A DNA stretch of 64,000 nucleotides from Candidatus Omnitrophota bacterium (GTDB taxonomy: Bacteria > Omnitrophota > Gorgyraeia > Zapsychrales > Zapsychraceae), in contig JADFYJ010000002.1 of assembly GCA_015233115.1 (NCBI GenBank), positions 111,216-175,215 of the forward strand, in the 5' to 3' direction. How positions within the stretch are numbered: the first letter of the stretch is position 1; each line of letters begins with the position of its first letter. Below are positions 9,100-19,368 of this stretch, piece after piece. Under the pieces are notes generated by a model that was not told where the DNA came from, ran no database searches, and saw only the letters and a program-made list of their open reading frames with translations. The translations under genes were made by a program, and so were the position numbers.

Positions 9100-12000
9100 A
9101 TTTTCTAATTCCAATAAAAGATTATTAACTGGTGTTACGTTAATTATAACAGGTGTAAGCCCGTTAATACCATCTTTCATAAACATCTGTATTTGAGATG
9201 TATCATATTTTATTTCCGTTATATTGCCGGCACGACGGACATTCAGCTCATTCATATCAATACCTCCGACAGAAGAAGTTACCATCGCCTCATCAGAAAA
9301 AAATTCCGCCTCAATATCTTGATCTATTTTATCTTCTATAGTCAGTTGCATATCCGAAATAGCTTCAATTAACTCCGTGATTCTTTTTACCATATAATAT
9401 TTCACATTGGAAAAATTACCATCCTTGAGTTCCTCGCTATATATTTTTTCCAGTTCCATAAAAATATTTTTAAATGGCAATTGCCTAAATAAACTATTTT
9501 CCCCTCCCATTGTTAAAGCATAACCCAAGTATGTCCTTTGTCTGGCAACATCATCCACAGAAGGAACCGTGTAAACTTCAGTTTTATACTCATTACCCAA
9601 CGCAAGAGCCAAGCTGGCAACTTTAAATGAACTACCTAAATCTCCGCTTATTAACAAAGGGACTTGATATTTTCTTGTAATCTGAACGAGGATCCAAAAA
9701 ACCTCCACAACCTCCGGCCGGATCTGACTATAATACTCTCCATATTTAGGATCTGAACGATCAATATGAAACATGGATTTGATCAGATCAGAACTTCCAA
9801 TATCAATAAAATTTGATCTTTGCACAATATGTTCAAATTGAGATAAGGCGGTTATATCTTCAAAATAATAACCAATTTGAATTTGTTTTAACAATGCATT
9901 CAACCGGTTCTCTTCATTATCAATTTCACGCAAATTCAAAGCTCTTTTCTGAATCTGATGCTCTTTCACATACGCAGACATCTGTTCTTCAATTACGGCT
10001 GTTTGCGATTGTTTTAACATTTCATCGATCTTGTCCAAAGAAACCTTTTCATCGTTTCTTACATTAGGAAATGAAATTCCAAGCTTACCATTATTGACTT
10101 TCAAATACGCGCGGTTCAAACAGCGCAGCTGGCGAAGCCCAAATTCGTAAAATGGCATGTTGCCTTTTTTATCTTTATAAAAATAAAAAGCTATACCAGG
10201 ATAATTATTCAAAATATCCTGCAAAACAGCATCCGCATCATCGCCGCGTGTTCCTATATAATCACTTAAAATTTTTGGTATTTTATCTTTTTGAACATCA
10301 TACAATCGAGGTGTCCACAAGAATGAAACACCTTTTAAATCATTCTGAAACATATTGGCGCTCAAAATCTCCGTAAATATCGCTGTCATTATTTTTTCAT
10401 TTTCTTCTATATCTGGATATCGTTCAATATATTCTTTAAATATGACTTCAATTCGGCTTAATCCGACCCCTGTCCCGCCTTCCCGCAATGCTTTACCTTC
10501 AAGAATTTCACTCTTAGTTTCATGAACATCGACAGGAGAAGTAAATAAATAATGTCCATCCACATTCAAAGGGTTCTTGGTTTTAATCTGATTAAACTTT
10601 CTTTTTATCCCATGCCTGTGCATTTCTTGCAAGCCTTCATACATCTCTTGCCAATTAGGTTTTATAACAATTCTTGGCTGTCCAGTGCCGCGCCATTTAC
10701 CATACAAAATTACTTTATCGCCTTTTTTAATGTTATAAGTTTTTCCGCCATAATTTTCTACTCCAGTTATTGCTACCCCTCCTTGCGTTTTTATATCTTT
10801 AGGTGCATGCGCGGATGGTGTCCCCCGGTTCCAAATCAACCCGACAATGTTGGGATATTTTTCTTTAAGCTGAGCCAAGCCATTATACGTCACTTCCTTG
10901 ACAGATGGGTCAACCACAATCACAACAGGCTTATCCGTAATTTTTTTACTTGATGCGCTAGATTCTTTATATGTAAAAATACTTAATTCAAAAATTAAAT
11001 CATCAAAATTTTTATGAGACTCTCCTTTAAAAATATTAATTCGTTCAACGTCTTCTAAACTAAAATTTTCTTCCAAAGGCATGTTAGCATTAATCGCAGC
11101 TAAAAATGAAGCAATAGCCTCTTCAATAGTCAAAGCTTGTTTTGAAATTTTTTCTTTTATAAAACGCGCGAATAAATCTCTAAGATATATAAAATCTTCA
11201 TTTTCATCTGCAAATTTTTTTAAAAACCCTAATTTCTCCGCATCAGGCGTCTTAAAATATTCGATAAACTTTGAGCCAATACTTTCTCCATTTTTTTTCT
11301 GGCTTCTCAGCCGATTCAATAAAAATTTATTCCAAGCGTTGTGCAATGCTTCTTCAAAACGATTTTTTTGCGCCTCAATCAAAACCTCCGCGCGTTCCGA
11401 TGTTGTTCCGGGAGAAAAAACATAATGTTGACTGTGAATCCGGTTCTCAATAAATGGCAAACTCGCCATCTGTTCCTCAAGGTTATCAATAGACGACCTT
11501 AGAAAAGGTTTATTAATAGCCTTGAGCTGACTTAAATTGGTTTGAATATGCCGACGATACCGTTTCAAAAATTCATGCGCTGAAAAAGGCGCCATAGCAG
11601 GTCGCACTCCCGTTGGTTTTTCTCCCTCCATCTCTTTTAACAGTTTGACCACAACATGATCGTACATAAACCAAGTTCTTTGCAACAACGCACCTTTTTG
11701 TTCTTCATCAATTGATTTATCTAGCATTATTAAATCTTCGTTGGACAAACGAAACCGGACCACATTTTCCGCGGTGGGATTTAAATCCAAATTTTGTTTC
11801 GCTTTTAAATAATCAGAGATCAATTTCGAATAACGATCCATTTTCGTTCCATAAGCATTGTTTAATACCCGCGCTGCAGCAGCCCGCAGATATTGAAATC
11901 TTTCTTCTTTTGCTTCTTTAATACCAATATCCCTATGAGCTAATAAATCTTCCACTAAGCGGCTATAGAAAATCTTTAAAATCCGAAAAGTGACTTTTTT

Positions 12001-13818
12001 TCTCTCTTCATTTTCAAACTGCAAACTTTCCCCTTTTTCGTTTAATCTTTTTTGAAAAAATTTTTCTAATTCAGTAAAATTTTTATTGCGAAGTGATATA
12101 ACCGCGCGATAGGCAAAAGACGGATTTTCTTCTAAACGTTGGAGCACATATTGCTTTGATTCTTCAAGCATGAGTTGCAACGTGTCTGAATGAACCGGCC
12201 TTCGCTTTAACAATAATTGAAAAATTTTTTCAAAATACTGTTGTTTCTCAACTATCTTCATTTTAATTTCAGATTCCGTGTCAAATGGCTGATAAATCGG
12301 ATAGCGTAAGCCATCTTCCATTCCCTCGCCTGAATACCAAACGGCCTCACCAATGGCGACTCCTTCATTTCTTCCTGACGTTCCAGTTTGAATTTCAATT
12401 TGATTAATCCCAGGCCTTCGGTTCTCGACAAACGGAAAACCCTCCTCATTAACAAGAAAATTACGAACATGTTCTTCGGTGATTTGTTCAGCAAATTTTG
12501 ATAATACCCCCATTTTTAATAATCGCGCCTTAAATCTAACAACCAGTTCAGAAACAACCGCGTTTAAATCGGTCAAAATTGTTTGCGGGATTTCTCCTTT
12601 ATTCCTTTCAAGGATCAACTCATAAAATATCGGATAAAAAGCTTCTTGAACTTCGGGATATTCAAAAACTTTAGGTATGCCTGATACCATGGCACGATCT
12701 GGTAATCCCGCCGAATTTAACACATTAGCTTCAATTCTCAGTAATCTGCCTTGCGGGGCAATCTGTGCCGAACTGTGTTTAATGTTCATGGCAAAATCCA
12801 TGGTTTTATCAATACCTCCGGAAAAATACTTGCGCGGGATCAATTGCTGTGAAACAGGGTCATATTCTTCTTTAATAAATCCAAAACTCCCTTTTTGGTA
12901 TTTTTCCAAATATAAATTGTAAATCGTTTGAGTCTCCGCGCGGTCTACTGGATCAATACCTTTGGTTTTATTCTTATCAAAATATAATCTTGCCAAAACC
13001 CCATCCACAATTCTCTGTTTATACCATTTGGCTAAAATCAAAGAATAAAAAATTTGCCTGATTTGGATAAAATTATTGCCTTCATTGACCTCTTTTTCAA
13101 TAGCCGGAAGTATAATTTGTTTCATCAATTGTGACATGACCGGAGACGTTATATTTGCATTTTTAATATCTTTAATCTTATTCCCCTCATAATCCTGATC
13201 CATCAGGACTTTCAAATGACTATCAATGACGTATGCATTTAATCCATTTTCATAAACTGTAGCCTTTTCTGGAACAATCCAAACTTTATTAAGAATGCCT
13301 TGAGGAATTTCAAAAGAGTTGTTCTTCCCGCGAAAGCGAGGGTCACGCGATTGAATTTTATAAATCCTCTCCCAAAAATCAGCCCCTAAACGAGTGTTTG
13401 GATTCATCAACGCAGAAGTCATTTGTTTCAACACATAATCTTGATTCAACATATCTCGTCCTAATTCGGTCTGGGAGAGTGAATCAGGAATAATCCGTTT
13501 TTTTTCGTAGGGGGATAGATTCACCCAAATATCTCCTTTGGGGATGGTAAGTGCGGCAAGAAAATAACTAATTAGCCGTTGAGATTCATTTTTCGCTTTT
13601 TCCTGAGAAAAACCACTTTGACCTAAATCGACTATAAAATCAAAACGGAAAGGATTTTCCGGATGAAGGCTTAGCCCTTTCATTAACAGCGGCTCGATTG
13701 GAGAATTTAAAATCAAATTTTCTGAAACTGAAGGCAATATTTGGGCATAAGAAAACGGTGATATAAAACCGCTAACAAAACATATAAGTATTAATATATT
13801 TATAAATCGTTTTAACAT
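9091..13818 (-). CDS. large signal-peptide protein: conserved N-terminal domain + degenerate PTS enzyme I (PEP-utiliser)-like cargo + GGIDM C-terminal tail
   Basis: Hydrophobic N-terminus ending SYA|Q; KGLSLHPENPFRFDFIVD, WVNLSPYE and YFSGG blocks; cargo motifs GTPSAHA, GVGLSRIE, RLYDVQKDK, QLRCLNRA, ISFPNV, DIGSSDL; start moved to MLKRF (GGAG RBS). Confidence 0.75.
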   Translation of the reverse strand: MLKRFINILILICFVSGFISPFSYAQILPSVSENLILNSPIEPLLMKGLSLHPENPFRFDFIVDLGQSGFSQEKAKNESQRLISYFLAALTIPKGDIWVNLSPYEKKRIIPDSLSQTELGRDMLNQDYVLKQMTSALMNPNTRLGADFWERIYKIQSRDPRFRGKNNSFEIPQGILNKVWIVPEKATVYENGLNAYVIDSHLKVLMDQDYEGNKIKDIKNANITSPVMSQLMKQIILPAIEKEVNEGNNFIQIRQIFYSLILAKWYKQRIVDGVLARLYFDKNKTKGIDPVDRAETQTIYNLYLEKYQKGSFGFIKEEYDPVSQQLIPRKYFSGGIDKTMDFAMNIKHSSAQIAPQGRLLRIEANVLNSAGLPDRAMVSGIPKVFEYPEVQEAFYPIFYELILERNKGEIPQTILTDLNAVVSELVVRFKARLLKMGVLSKFAEQITEEHVRNFLVNEEGFPFVENRRPGINQIEIQTGTSGRNEGVAIGEAVWYSGEGMEDGLRYPIYQPFDTESEIKMKIVEKQQYFEKIFQLLLKRRPVHSDTLQLMLEESKQYVLQRLEENPSFAYRAVISLRNKNFTELEKFFQKRLNEKGESLQFENEERKKVTFRILKIFYSRLVEDLLAHRDIGIKEAKEERFQYLRAAAARVLNNAYGTKMDRYSKLISDYLKAKQNLDLNPTAENVVRFRLSNEDLIMLDKSIDEEQKGALLQRTWFMYDHVVVKLLKEMEGEKPTGVRPAMAPFSAHEFLKRYRRHIQTNLSQLKAINKPFLRSSIDNLEEQMASLPFIENRIHSQHYVFSPGTTSERAEVLIEAQKNRFEEALHNAWNKFLLNRLRSQKKNGESIGSKFIEYFKTPDAEKLGFLKKFADENEDFIYLRDLFARFIKEKISKQALTIEEAIASFLAAINANMPLEENFSLEDVERINIFKGESHKNFDDLIFELSIFTYKESSASSKKITDKPVVIVVDPSVKEVTYNGLAQLKEKYPNIVGLIWNRGTPSAHAPKDIKTQGGVAITGVENYGGKTYNIKKGDKVILYGKWRGTGQPRIVIKPNWQEMYEGLQEMHRHGIKRKFNQIKTKNPLNVDGHYLFTSPVDVHETKSEILEGKALREGGTGVGLSRIEVIFKEYIERYPDIEENEKIMTAIFTEILSANMFQNDLKGVSFLWTPRLYDVQKDKIPKILSDYIGTRGDDADAVLQDILNNYPGIAFYFYKDKKGNMPFYEFGLRQLRCLNRAYLKVNNGKLGISFPNVRNDEKVSLDKIDEMLKQSQTAVIEEQMSAYVKEHQIQKRALNLREIDNEENRLNALLKQIQIGYYFEDITALSQFEHIVQRSNFIDIGSSDLIKSMFHIDRSDPKYGEYYSQIRPEVVEVFWILVQITRKYQVPLLISGDLGSSFKVASLALALGNEYKTEVYTVPSVDDVARQRTYLGYALTMGGENSLFRQLPFKNIFMELEKIYSEELKDGNFSNVKYYMVKRITELIEAISDMQLTIEDKIDQDIEAEFFSDEAMVTSSVGGIDMNELNVRRAGNITEIKYDTSQIQMFMKDGINGLTPVIINVTPVNNLLLELENGV

Positions 13819-13934
13819 AACCAATGCTCCCAAACTCTACTTTATATTTTCAATCTTTTCCTATAGCCTATGGCCTCAGTTTAAAGTATGCCATGGACTC
13901 TTACGTTATTGCCAATATTTTTTAATTAATAGTA

Positions 13935-14681
13935 TTAATATTTAACTGACACTAAACATAATCCCTGCGGTTTAGCTGTTTCAGGAGCCATTGTGCGGTC
14001 TTTTTGGGTGAGGATACGCTTAACGCTTCCTTTGGGAAGCTTGCCTGTGCCGACAGCTAATAATGTGCCGACAATATTACGGACCATTTTGTAAAGAAAA
14101 CCATTAGCCGTAATATCAATGGTTATGATGTCACCGGTCTTTTTTATAGTTAACGCTTTAACCGTACGAACCGTACTTTCATCTTTGCGGTTGACATCCG
14201 AGTTTTGAAATGATTTAAAATCCTGTTTCCCGACCAAGCATTTTGCTTCAGAACGCATCAGGGCGACATTCAAATCATACGGGAATAATAAACAAATATT
14301 GCGGTTAACCGAACTTCTCACCTCGCGGTTCAAAATGGTATAGCGGTAAGTTTTTTCTTTCACGCTATACTGCGCGTGAAAATCTTTATCAACTTCTTCG
14401 ATCTTGGTAATGACAATATCCGCGGGCAAGGTACCATTTAAAGCTTTGTGGAGTTTTTCAAGCGGCATAGGTGAACTGATCCGGAAATGCGCTACCTGGC
14501 CTAAAGCATGAACCCCGCTATCCGTCCGTCCTGAACCAAGGATCGGCACCCTTTTCTTAAAAATCTTGGTGAACGAAGCTTCAATTTCACCTTGAACCGT
14601 GCGGAACCGTTTAGCCTGCATCTGCCAACCGCTAAAATTCGTGCCGTCGTATTCTATGGTGATTTTGATTGTTCGTAACAC
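13935..14681 (-). CDS. truA: tRNA pseudouridine(38-40) synthase
   Basis: YDGTNFSGWQ, GRTDSGVHA and FLYKMVR motifs. Confidence 0.97.
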   Translation of the reverse strand: MLRTIKITIEYDGTNFSGWQMQAKRFRTVQGEIEASFTKIFKKRVPILGSGRTDSGVHALGQVAHFRISSPMPLEKLHKALNGTLPADIVITKIEEVDKDFHAQYSVKEKTYRYTILNREVRSSVNRNICLLFPYDLNVALMRSEAKCLVGKQDFKSFQNSDVNRKDESTVRTVKALTIKKTGDIITIDITANGFLYKMVRNIVGTLLAVGTGKLPKGSVKRILTQKDRTMAPETAKPQGLCLVSVKY

Positions 14682-15683
14682 TTAAATAATCTTCATTTTG
14701 ATCATTTCTTCGGCGATCTGGATGGCGTTTAAGGCTGCGCCTTTGCGTAAATTGTCTGATACCACCCACAAGTTTAAACCATTGGCAATGCTTTCATCTT
14801 CACGGATACGGCCGACAAAAGTATCATCTTTGCCTTCGATAAATAACGGCATCGGATAGATACTTTTCGATAAGTCGTCCATGACCGTCACACCCGGTGC
14901 CTTAGATAATAATTCAATCGCTTTTTCGCGGGTAATTTTTTTCTCGGTTTCAATATTAACCGATTCAGAATGCGCGCCAAATACCGGAACGCGGACGCAG
15001 GTGGCCGTCACCTGGATAGAATTATCACCCATGATTTTTTTAGTTTCATTCACCATTTTAATTTCTTCTTTGGTGTAATGATTAGGTAAAAACACATCAA
15101 TCTGCGGAATTAAATTCTGCGCGATTTGGAATTGAAATTTTTTCACCGTCATATCGCCTTTGAGCTGATGGCGAAGTTCATCCACAGCTTCCGCGCCTGC
15201 TCCGGATACGGCCTGATAAGTCGACACCACAATTCTTTTAATTTTGGCATAATCATGAAGCGGTTTGAGCGCGACCAGCATTTGTATCGTCGAACAATTT
15301 GGATTCGCGATAATATTTTTATGTTTGCGGATATCTTCAGGATTCACCTCCGGCACAACTAAAGGAACATCATCATGCATACGGAAGAAACTGGTGTTAT
15401 CAATAACCACACATCCAGCTTTGGCAGCGTGCGGCGCGAATTCCGCGCTAATTTCAGCTCCCGGAGAAAATAAACCAATATCAATCCCTTTAAAAGCGTC
15501 AGGAGTCAATTTGGTTAATTTAACTTCCTTACCGTTGATCTCATATTTACGGTTCGCTTCACCCGGATTACGCGATAATAAATGCAGTTCATTAACCGGA
15601 AATTTACGTTCTTTCAAAATCTCGAACATACAATTTCCGACAGCACCTCGGATCCCTACGATACAAACATTATATTTTTTCAT
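14682..15683 (-). CDS. asd: aspartate-semialdehyde dehydrogenase
   Basis: ANPNCSTIQM, TYQAVSGAG and DNLRKGAALN motifs. Confidence 0.97.
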   Translation of the reverse strand: MKKYNVCIVGIRGAVGNCMFEILKERKFPVNELHLLSRNPGEANRKYEINGKEVKLTKLTPDAFKGIDIGLFSPGAEISAEFAPHAAKAGCVVIDNTSFFRMHDDVPLVVPEVNPEDIRKHKNIIANPNCSTIQMLVALKPLHDYAKIKRIVVSTYQAVSGAGAEAVDELRHQLKGDMTVKKFQFQIAQNLIPQIDVFLPNHYTKEEIKMVNETKKIMGDNSIQVTATCVRVPVFGAHSESVNIETEKKITREKAIELLSKAPGVTVMDDLSKSIYPMPLFIEGKDDTFVGRIREDESIANGLNLWVVSDNLRKGAALNAIQIAEEMIKMKII

Positions 15684-15716
15684 AATAACCTCGACACATT
15701 TGAAAATCTTAATATA

Positions 15717-15879
15717 TGGTTTTTAGTTTTTGGTTGGTGGTTTTTGGTTGTTGAAACAATTCTATTTTCCAAACAACTAACAATATTCACGCATTTAATT
15801 ATTTAATAATAATTTTTTGCTATAATTGTTGAAATTGATTGCTTTTTCCAATAACCAAAAACCATCAACCATCAACCGT
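15717..15879. repeat. pair of class B heptamer-arm elements (core inverted)
   Basis: Copies at ~15717-15783 and ~15825-15879; cores read GGAAAATAGAATTGTTTCAAC and GGAAAAAGCAATCAATTTCAAC on the minus strand. Confidence 0.85.
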
Positions 15880-15882
15880 TTA

Positions 15883-16938
15883 TTATAAATTTCTTACCAC
15901 CAGATCCCCAACTTCCGTCGTGGAATATCCCATTTTTTTAGCGGCTAAATCCGCCATTTTTGTAGTCACAACTGTGCGGACAGATTTTTCAATTTTCTCT
16001 GCGGCATTTGTTTCGCCGATCTGTTTTAAAAGCATTCCAGCAGCGGAAATCGCGGCCAGCGGATTAATCACATTTAAACCTGTATATTTTGGCGCGGATC
16101 CACCGATAGGCTCAAACATAGATACGCCATTCGGATTAATATTACCACCTGCGGCTATTCCCATCCCGCCTTGAATCATGGCGCCCAAATCAGTAATGAT
16201 ATCACCGAACATGTTATCCGTCACAATCACGTCAAACCATTCCGGGTTCTTAACAAACCACATGGTCGTCGCATCGACATGAGCATATTCTTTTTTAACA
16301 TCCGGATATTCCTGGCCGACTTCATTAAAAGTTCTTTCCCAAAGATCAAACGCGAAAGTCAAAACATTGGTCTTTCCACAAAGCAAAAGCTGTTTACGTT
16401 TTCCGAATTTACGGGTATATTCAAACGCGTAACGGATACAACGTTCCACACCTTTACGAGTGTTGTAAGAAATCTGGATCGCAACTTCTTCCGGCGTTCC
16501 TTTATTCTGAAACTCGCCCAAGCCTTTATACAAACCTTCCGAATTTTCACGGATGACCGTAAAATCCACGTCTGCCGGTTTCTTCCCTTTAATCGGGCAA
16601 AACCGTTCGTCAAAAAGCTGAACCGGACGCAAATTAATATATTGATCGAGGTCAAAACGCAATTTCAGCAAAATCCCTTTTTCCAAAATACCCGGTTTAA
16701 CATCCGGATGCCCGATCGCGCCTAAGAAAATCGCGTCAAATTTTTTGAGATCTGATATAGCTGATTCCGGAAGCACTTCTTTAGTACGCAAATACCGTTC
16801 ACCACCGAAATCAAACATGGTTTTTTCATATTTGAACCCACATTGACTTGAAACCGCGTCCATGACTTTTAAACCTTCACGAACCACTTCCGGCCCAGTC
16901 CCATCGCCGCCAATGACTGCAATTTTGTAAGATTTCAT
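15883..16938 (-). CDS. leuB: 3-isopropylmalate dehydrogenase
   Basis: [14 protein letters not shown] and NMFGDIITD motifs; leuB-asd-truA order. Confidence 0.88.
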   Translation of the reverse strand: MKSYKIAVIGGDGTGPEVVREGLKVMDAVSSQCGFKYEKTMFDFGGERYLRTKEVLPESAISDLKKFDAIFLGAIGHPDVKPGILEKGILLKLRFDLDQYINLRPVQLFDERFCPIKGKKPADVDFTVIRENSEGLYKGLGEFQNKGTPEEVAIQISYNTRKGVERCIRYAFEYTRKFGKRKQLLLCGKTNVLTFAFDLWERTFNEVGQEYPDVKKEYAHVDATTMWFVKNPEWFDVIVTDNMFGDIITDLGAMIQGGMGIAAGGNINPNGVSMFEPIGGSAPKYTGLNVINPLAAISAAGMLLKQIGETNAAEKIEKSVRTVVTTKMADLAAKKMGYSTTEVGDLVVRNL

Positions 16939-16962
16939 AATTATATCCTTTGTTAAAGCATG

Positions 16963-18210
16963 CTAATTTTCAAATTTTTTAACAACAACCGTCGCATTAT
17001 GTCCGCCGAAACCTAATGAATTGGACATGGCCACGCGCACATTGACTTTACGCGCTTGATTCGGCACATAGTCCAGATCACAATCCGGATCAGGCGTTTC
17101 ATAATTGATTGTCGGAGGAACAATATTATCCCGGATCGCCATAACGCAGGCGATTAACTCAATGCCGCCGGCTGCCCCAAGCAAATGGCCGGTCATGGAT
17201 TTGGTCGAACTCACCGGAACTTTTTTCGCGAGGTCTCCAAACAATTTTCTAATCGCTAATGATTCAATCTTGTCATTCATCTGCGTGGATGTCCCGTGCG
17301 CGTTGATATAGGAAATATCTTTAAGCGTTAATCCGGCATCCGCAATCGCGTATTTCATCGCGTTAACCGCGCCCGTTCCTTCTGGATGAGGCGCTGTAAT
17401 GTGATACGCGTCTGATGTGCGGCCGTACCCCACGCATTCTGCTAAAATTTTAGCTCCGCGTTTTTGCGCGTGCTCTAAAGTTTCTAATACCATGACTCCG
17501 CACCCTTCACCCATGACAAACCCATCCCGGTTTTTGTCAAACGGTCGGGACGCGTGTTCAGGATTATCATTCCGTTCCGATAAAGCTTTTAACGCACAGA
17601 AGCCACCTAAACCTAGAATAGTTGTCGCACTTTCTGTTCCGCCAGCAATAATCACATCCGCATCGCCATATTGCAGAAACCGCATCGCATCACCAATCGC
17701 ATTCGTCCCAGTCGCGCAGGCGGTTGTGACACACGTCGCAAAACCTGTGGAACCGATATCCATGGAAACCTGTCCGGCTGCCTCGTTTAAAATCACCCGC
17801 GGGATAAAATGCGGAGAAATGCGGTCCGGCCCCTTCTCTAAATATTTGGCATACTCAACCTCGCAAGAATGAATACTGCCAATGCCTGATCCGATCAAAA
17901 CCGCTACCCGGTCAGGATCTGTTTCTTTGCGGACATCCAGATTAGCGTGCTTCAATGCCTCTCGAGTCGCGGCAATTGCATACTGCACAAACTTGGCCTT
18001 ATTTCGAGCATCCTTAATATTAAAAAATTCTTCTGGATTATAATCTTTCACTTCAGCGGCAAAACGAGTCGGAAAACGGGAAACATCAAACGTCGTAATC
18101 GGTCCGACTCCGCTTTTTCCTTCGACCAATGCCTGCCAAAATTTCTCCACACCGCTTCCAACCGGAGAAATAACGCCCATTCCTGTGATAACAACGCGTT
18201 TTTTATTCAT
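16963..18210 (-). CDS. fabF: beta-ketoacyl-ACP synthase II
   Basis: TACATG, NAHGTST, GHLLGAAG and SLGFGGHN motifs. Confidence 0.97.
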   Translation of the reverse strand: MNKKRVVITGMGVISPVGSGVEKFWQALVEGKSGVGPITTFDVSRFPTRFAAEVKDYNPEEFFNIKDARNKAKFVQYAIAATREALKHANLDVRKETDPDRVAVLIGSGIGSIHSCEVEYAKYLEKGPDRISPHFIPRVILNEAAGQVSMDIGSTGFATCVTTACATGTNAIGDAMRFLQYGDADVIIAGGTESATTILGLGGFCALKALSERNDNPEHASRPFDKNRDGFVMGEGCGVMVLETLEHAQKRGAKILAECVGYGRTSDAYHITAPHPEGTGAVNAMKYAIADAGLTLKDISYINAHGTSTQMNDKIESLAIRKLFGDLAKKVPVSSTKSMTGHLLGAAGGIELIACVMAIRDNIVPPTINYETPDPDCDLDYVPNQARKVNVRVAMSNSLGFGGHNATVVVKKFEN

Positions 18211-18235
18211 ATTTTTTTCAATTTTGTATAGACAG

Positions 18236-18259
18236 AGACCTCGGCGAATGCCGAGGTCT
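18236..18259. other. perfect hairpin between acpP and fabF
   Basis: AGACCTCGGC-GAAT-GCCGAGGTCT; no clear U-tract, so it may stabilise mRNA or attenuate. Confidence 0.6.
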
Positions 18260-18284
18260 GAGTTAATATAGAATCTTACCCAAA

Positions 18285-18524
18285 TTACGCTTTGGGAGAT
18301 TTTTCTTGGATGTATTTCATAGCATCCCCGACTGTCGTCATTTTTTCCGCGTCTTCATCCGGAATTTCTACGTTGAATTCTTCTTCCAATGCCATAATTA
18401 ACTCAACTGTGTCCAACGAATCAGCACCCAAATCATCAATAAATGATGCTTCATTGGTTACTTCTTCAATTTTCACGCCGAGCTGTTCTGCTATGATTGA
18501 TTTAACTTTGTCTTCAACTGCCAT
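18285..18524 (-). CDS. acpP: acyl carrier protein
   Basis: [12 protein letters not shown] motif. Confidence 0.99.
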   Translation of the reverse strand: MAVEDKVKSIIAEQLGVKIEEVTNEASFIDDLGADSLDTVELIMALEEEFNVEIPDEDAEKMTTVGDAMKYIQEKSPKA

Positions 18525-18581
18525 TTTTGGTAGCCTCCTTCTTTAACCCTATATTGGTTATTGTTCTCGTTGCCTTTATCG

Positions 18582-19322
18582 TTACATCGCCATCCCCCCA
18601 TCAACGATAATGACCTGTCCTGTGATATAATCCGCCATATCAGAGGCTAGAAAAAGACAGGCATTGGCTACGTCTCTGGGTGTTCCCATCCTTGCTAATG
18701 GAACATTTTTAAGAATTTCTTCGCTGGCTTTCTCACTCAATTTATCTGTCATGTCCGTTTTAATAAATCCCGGAGCGACAGCGTTTGAAGTGATTCCCCG
18801 TGACGCGAACTCTTTTGCAATAGATTTGGTAAAACCAATAATGCCCGCTTTACTGGCTGAATAATTGGCCTGACCAGCGTTTCCGATAACACCGATGATC
18901 GAAGCGATATTGATAATCTTTCCCTTGCGGGCTTTCATCATGCTTCGGATCGCGGTTTTCGTGACGTTAAATACGCCTTTTAAATTAACCGTTATGACCG
19001 CATCCCAATCTTCTTCGCTCATCCGGATCAATAAATTGTCTTTAGTGATGCCGGCATTGTTAACTACTATATCTATGGACTTATACTTGTCAAGAATTTT
19101 ATTGATCAAATCTTCAACTTCAGCGGATTTGGTCACATTACAGGGGAAACTGTCAGCCTTATAACCCTTTTGCACGAATTCTTGAGCAGTTTTGGCGGAT
19201 GATTCTGCGTTCACATCAGAAATAATGACTAATGCCCCTTCTTGAGCAAAGGCTTCAGCAATCTCCCTGCCAATACCGCGGGCAGAACCTGTAATTAAAG
19301 CGACTTGATTGTTTAACCTCAT
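18582..19322 (-). CDS. fabG: 3-oxoacyl-ACP reductase
   Basis: TGSARGIG, NNAGITKD and YSASK motifs; adjacent to acpP. Confidence 0.96.
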   Translation of the reverse strand: MRLNNQVALITGSARGIGREIAEAFAQEGALVIISDVNAESSAKTAQEFVQKGYKADSFPCNVTKSAEVEDLINKILDKYKSIDIVVNNAGITKDNLLIRMSEEDWDAVITVNLKGVFNVTKTAIRSMMKARKGKIINIASIIGVIGNAGQANYSASKAGIIGFTKSIAKEFASRGITSNAVAPGFIKTDMTDKLSEKASEEILKNVPLARMGTPRDVANACLFLASDMADYITGQVIIVDGGMAM

Positions 19323-19368
19323 GTGTCTGTTCCCTTATATATACCGTTATTTTAAGTTCTAACTAATT

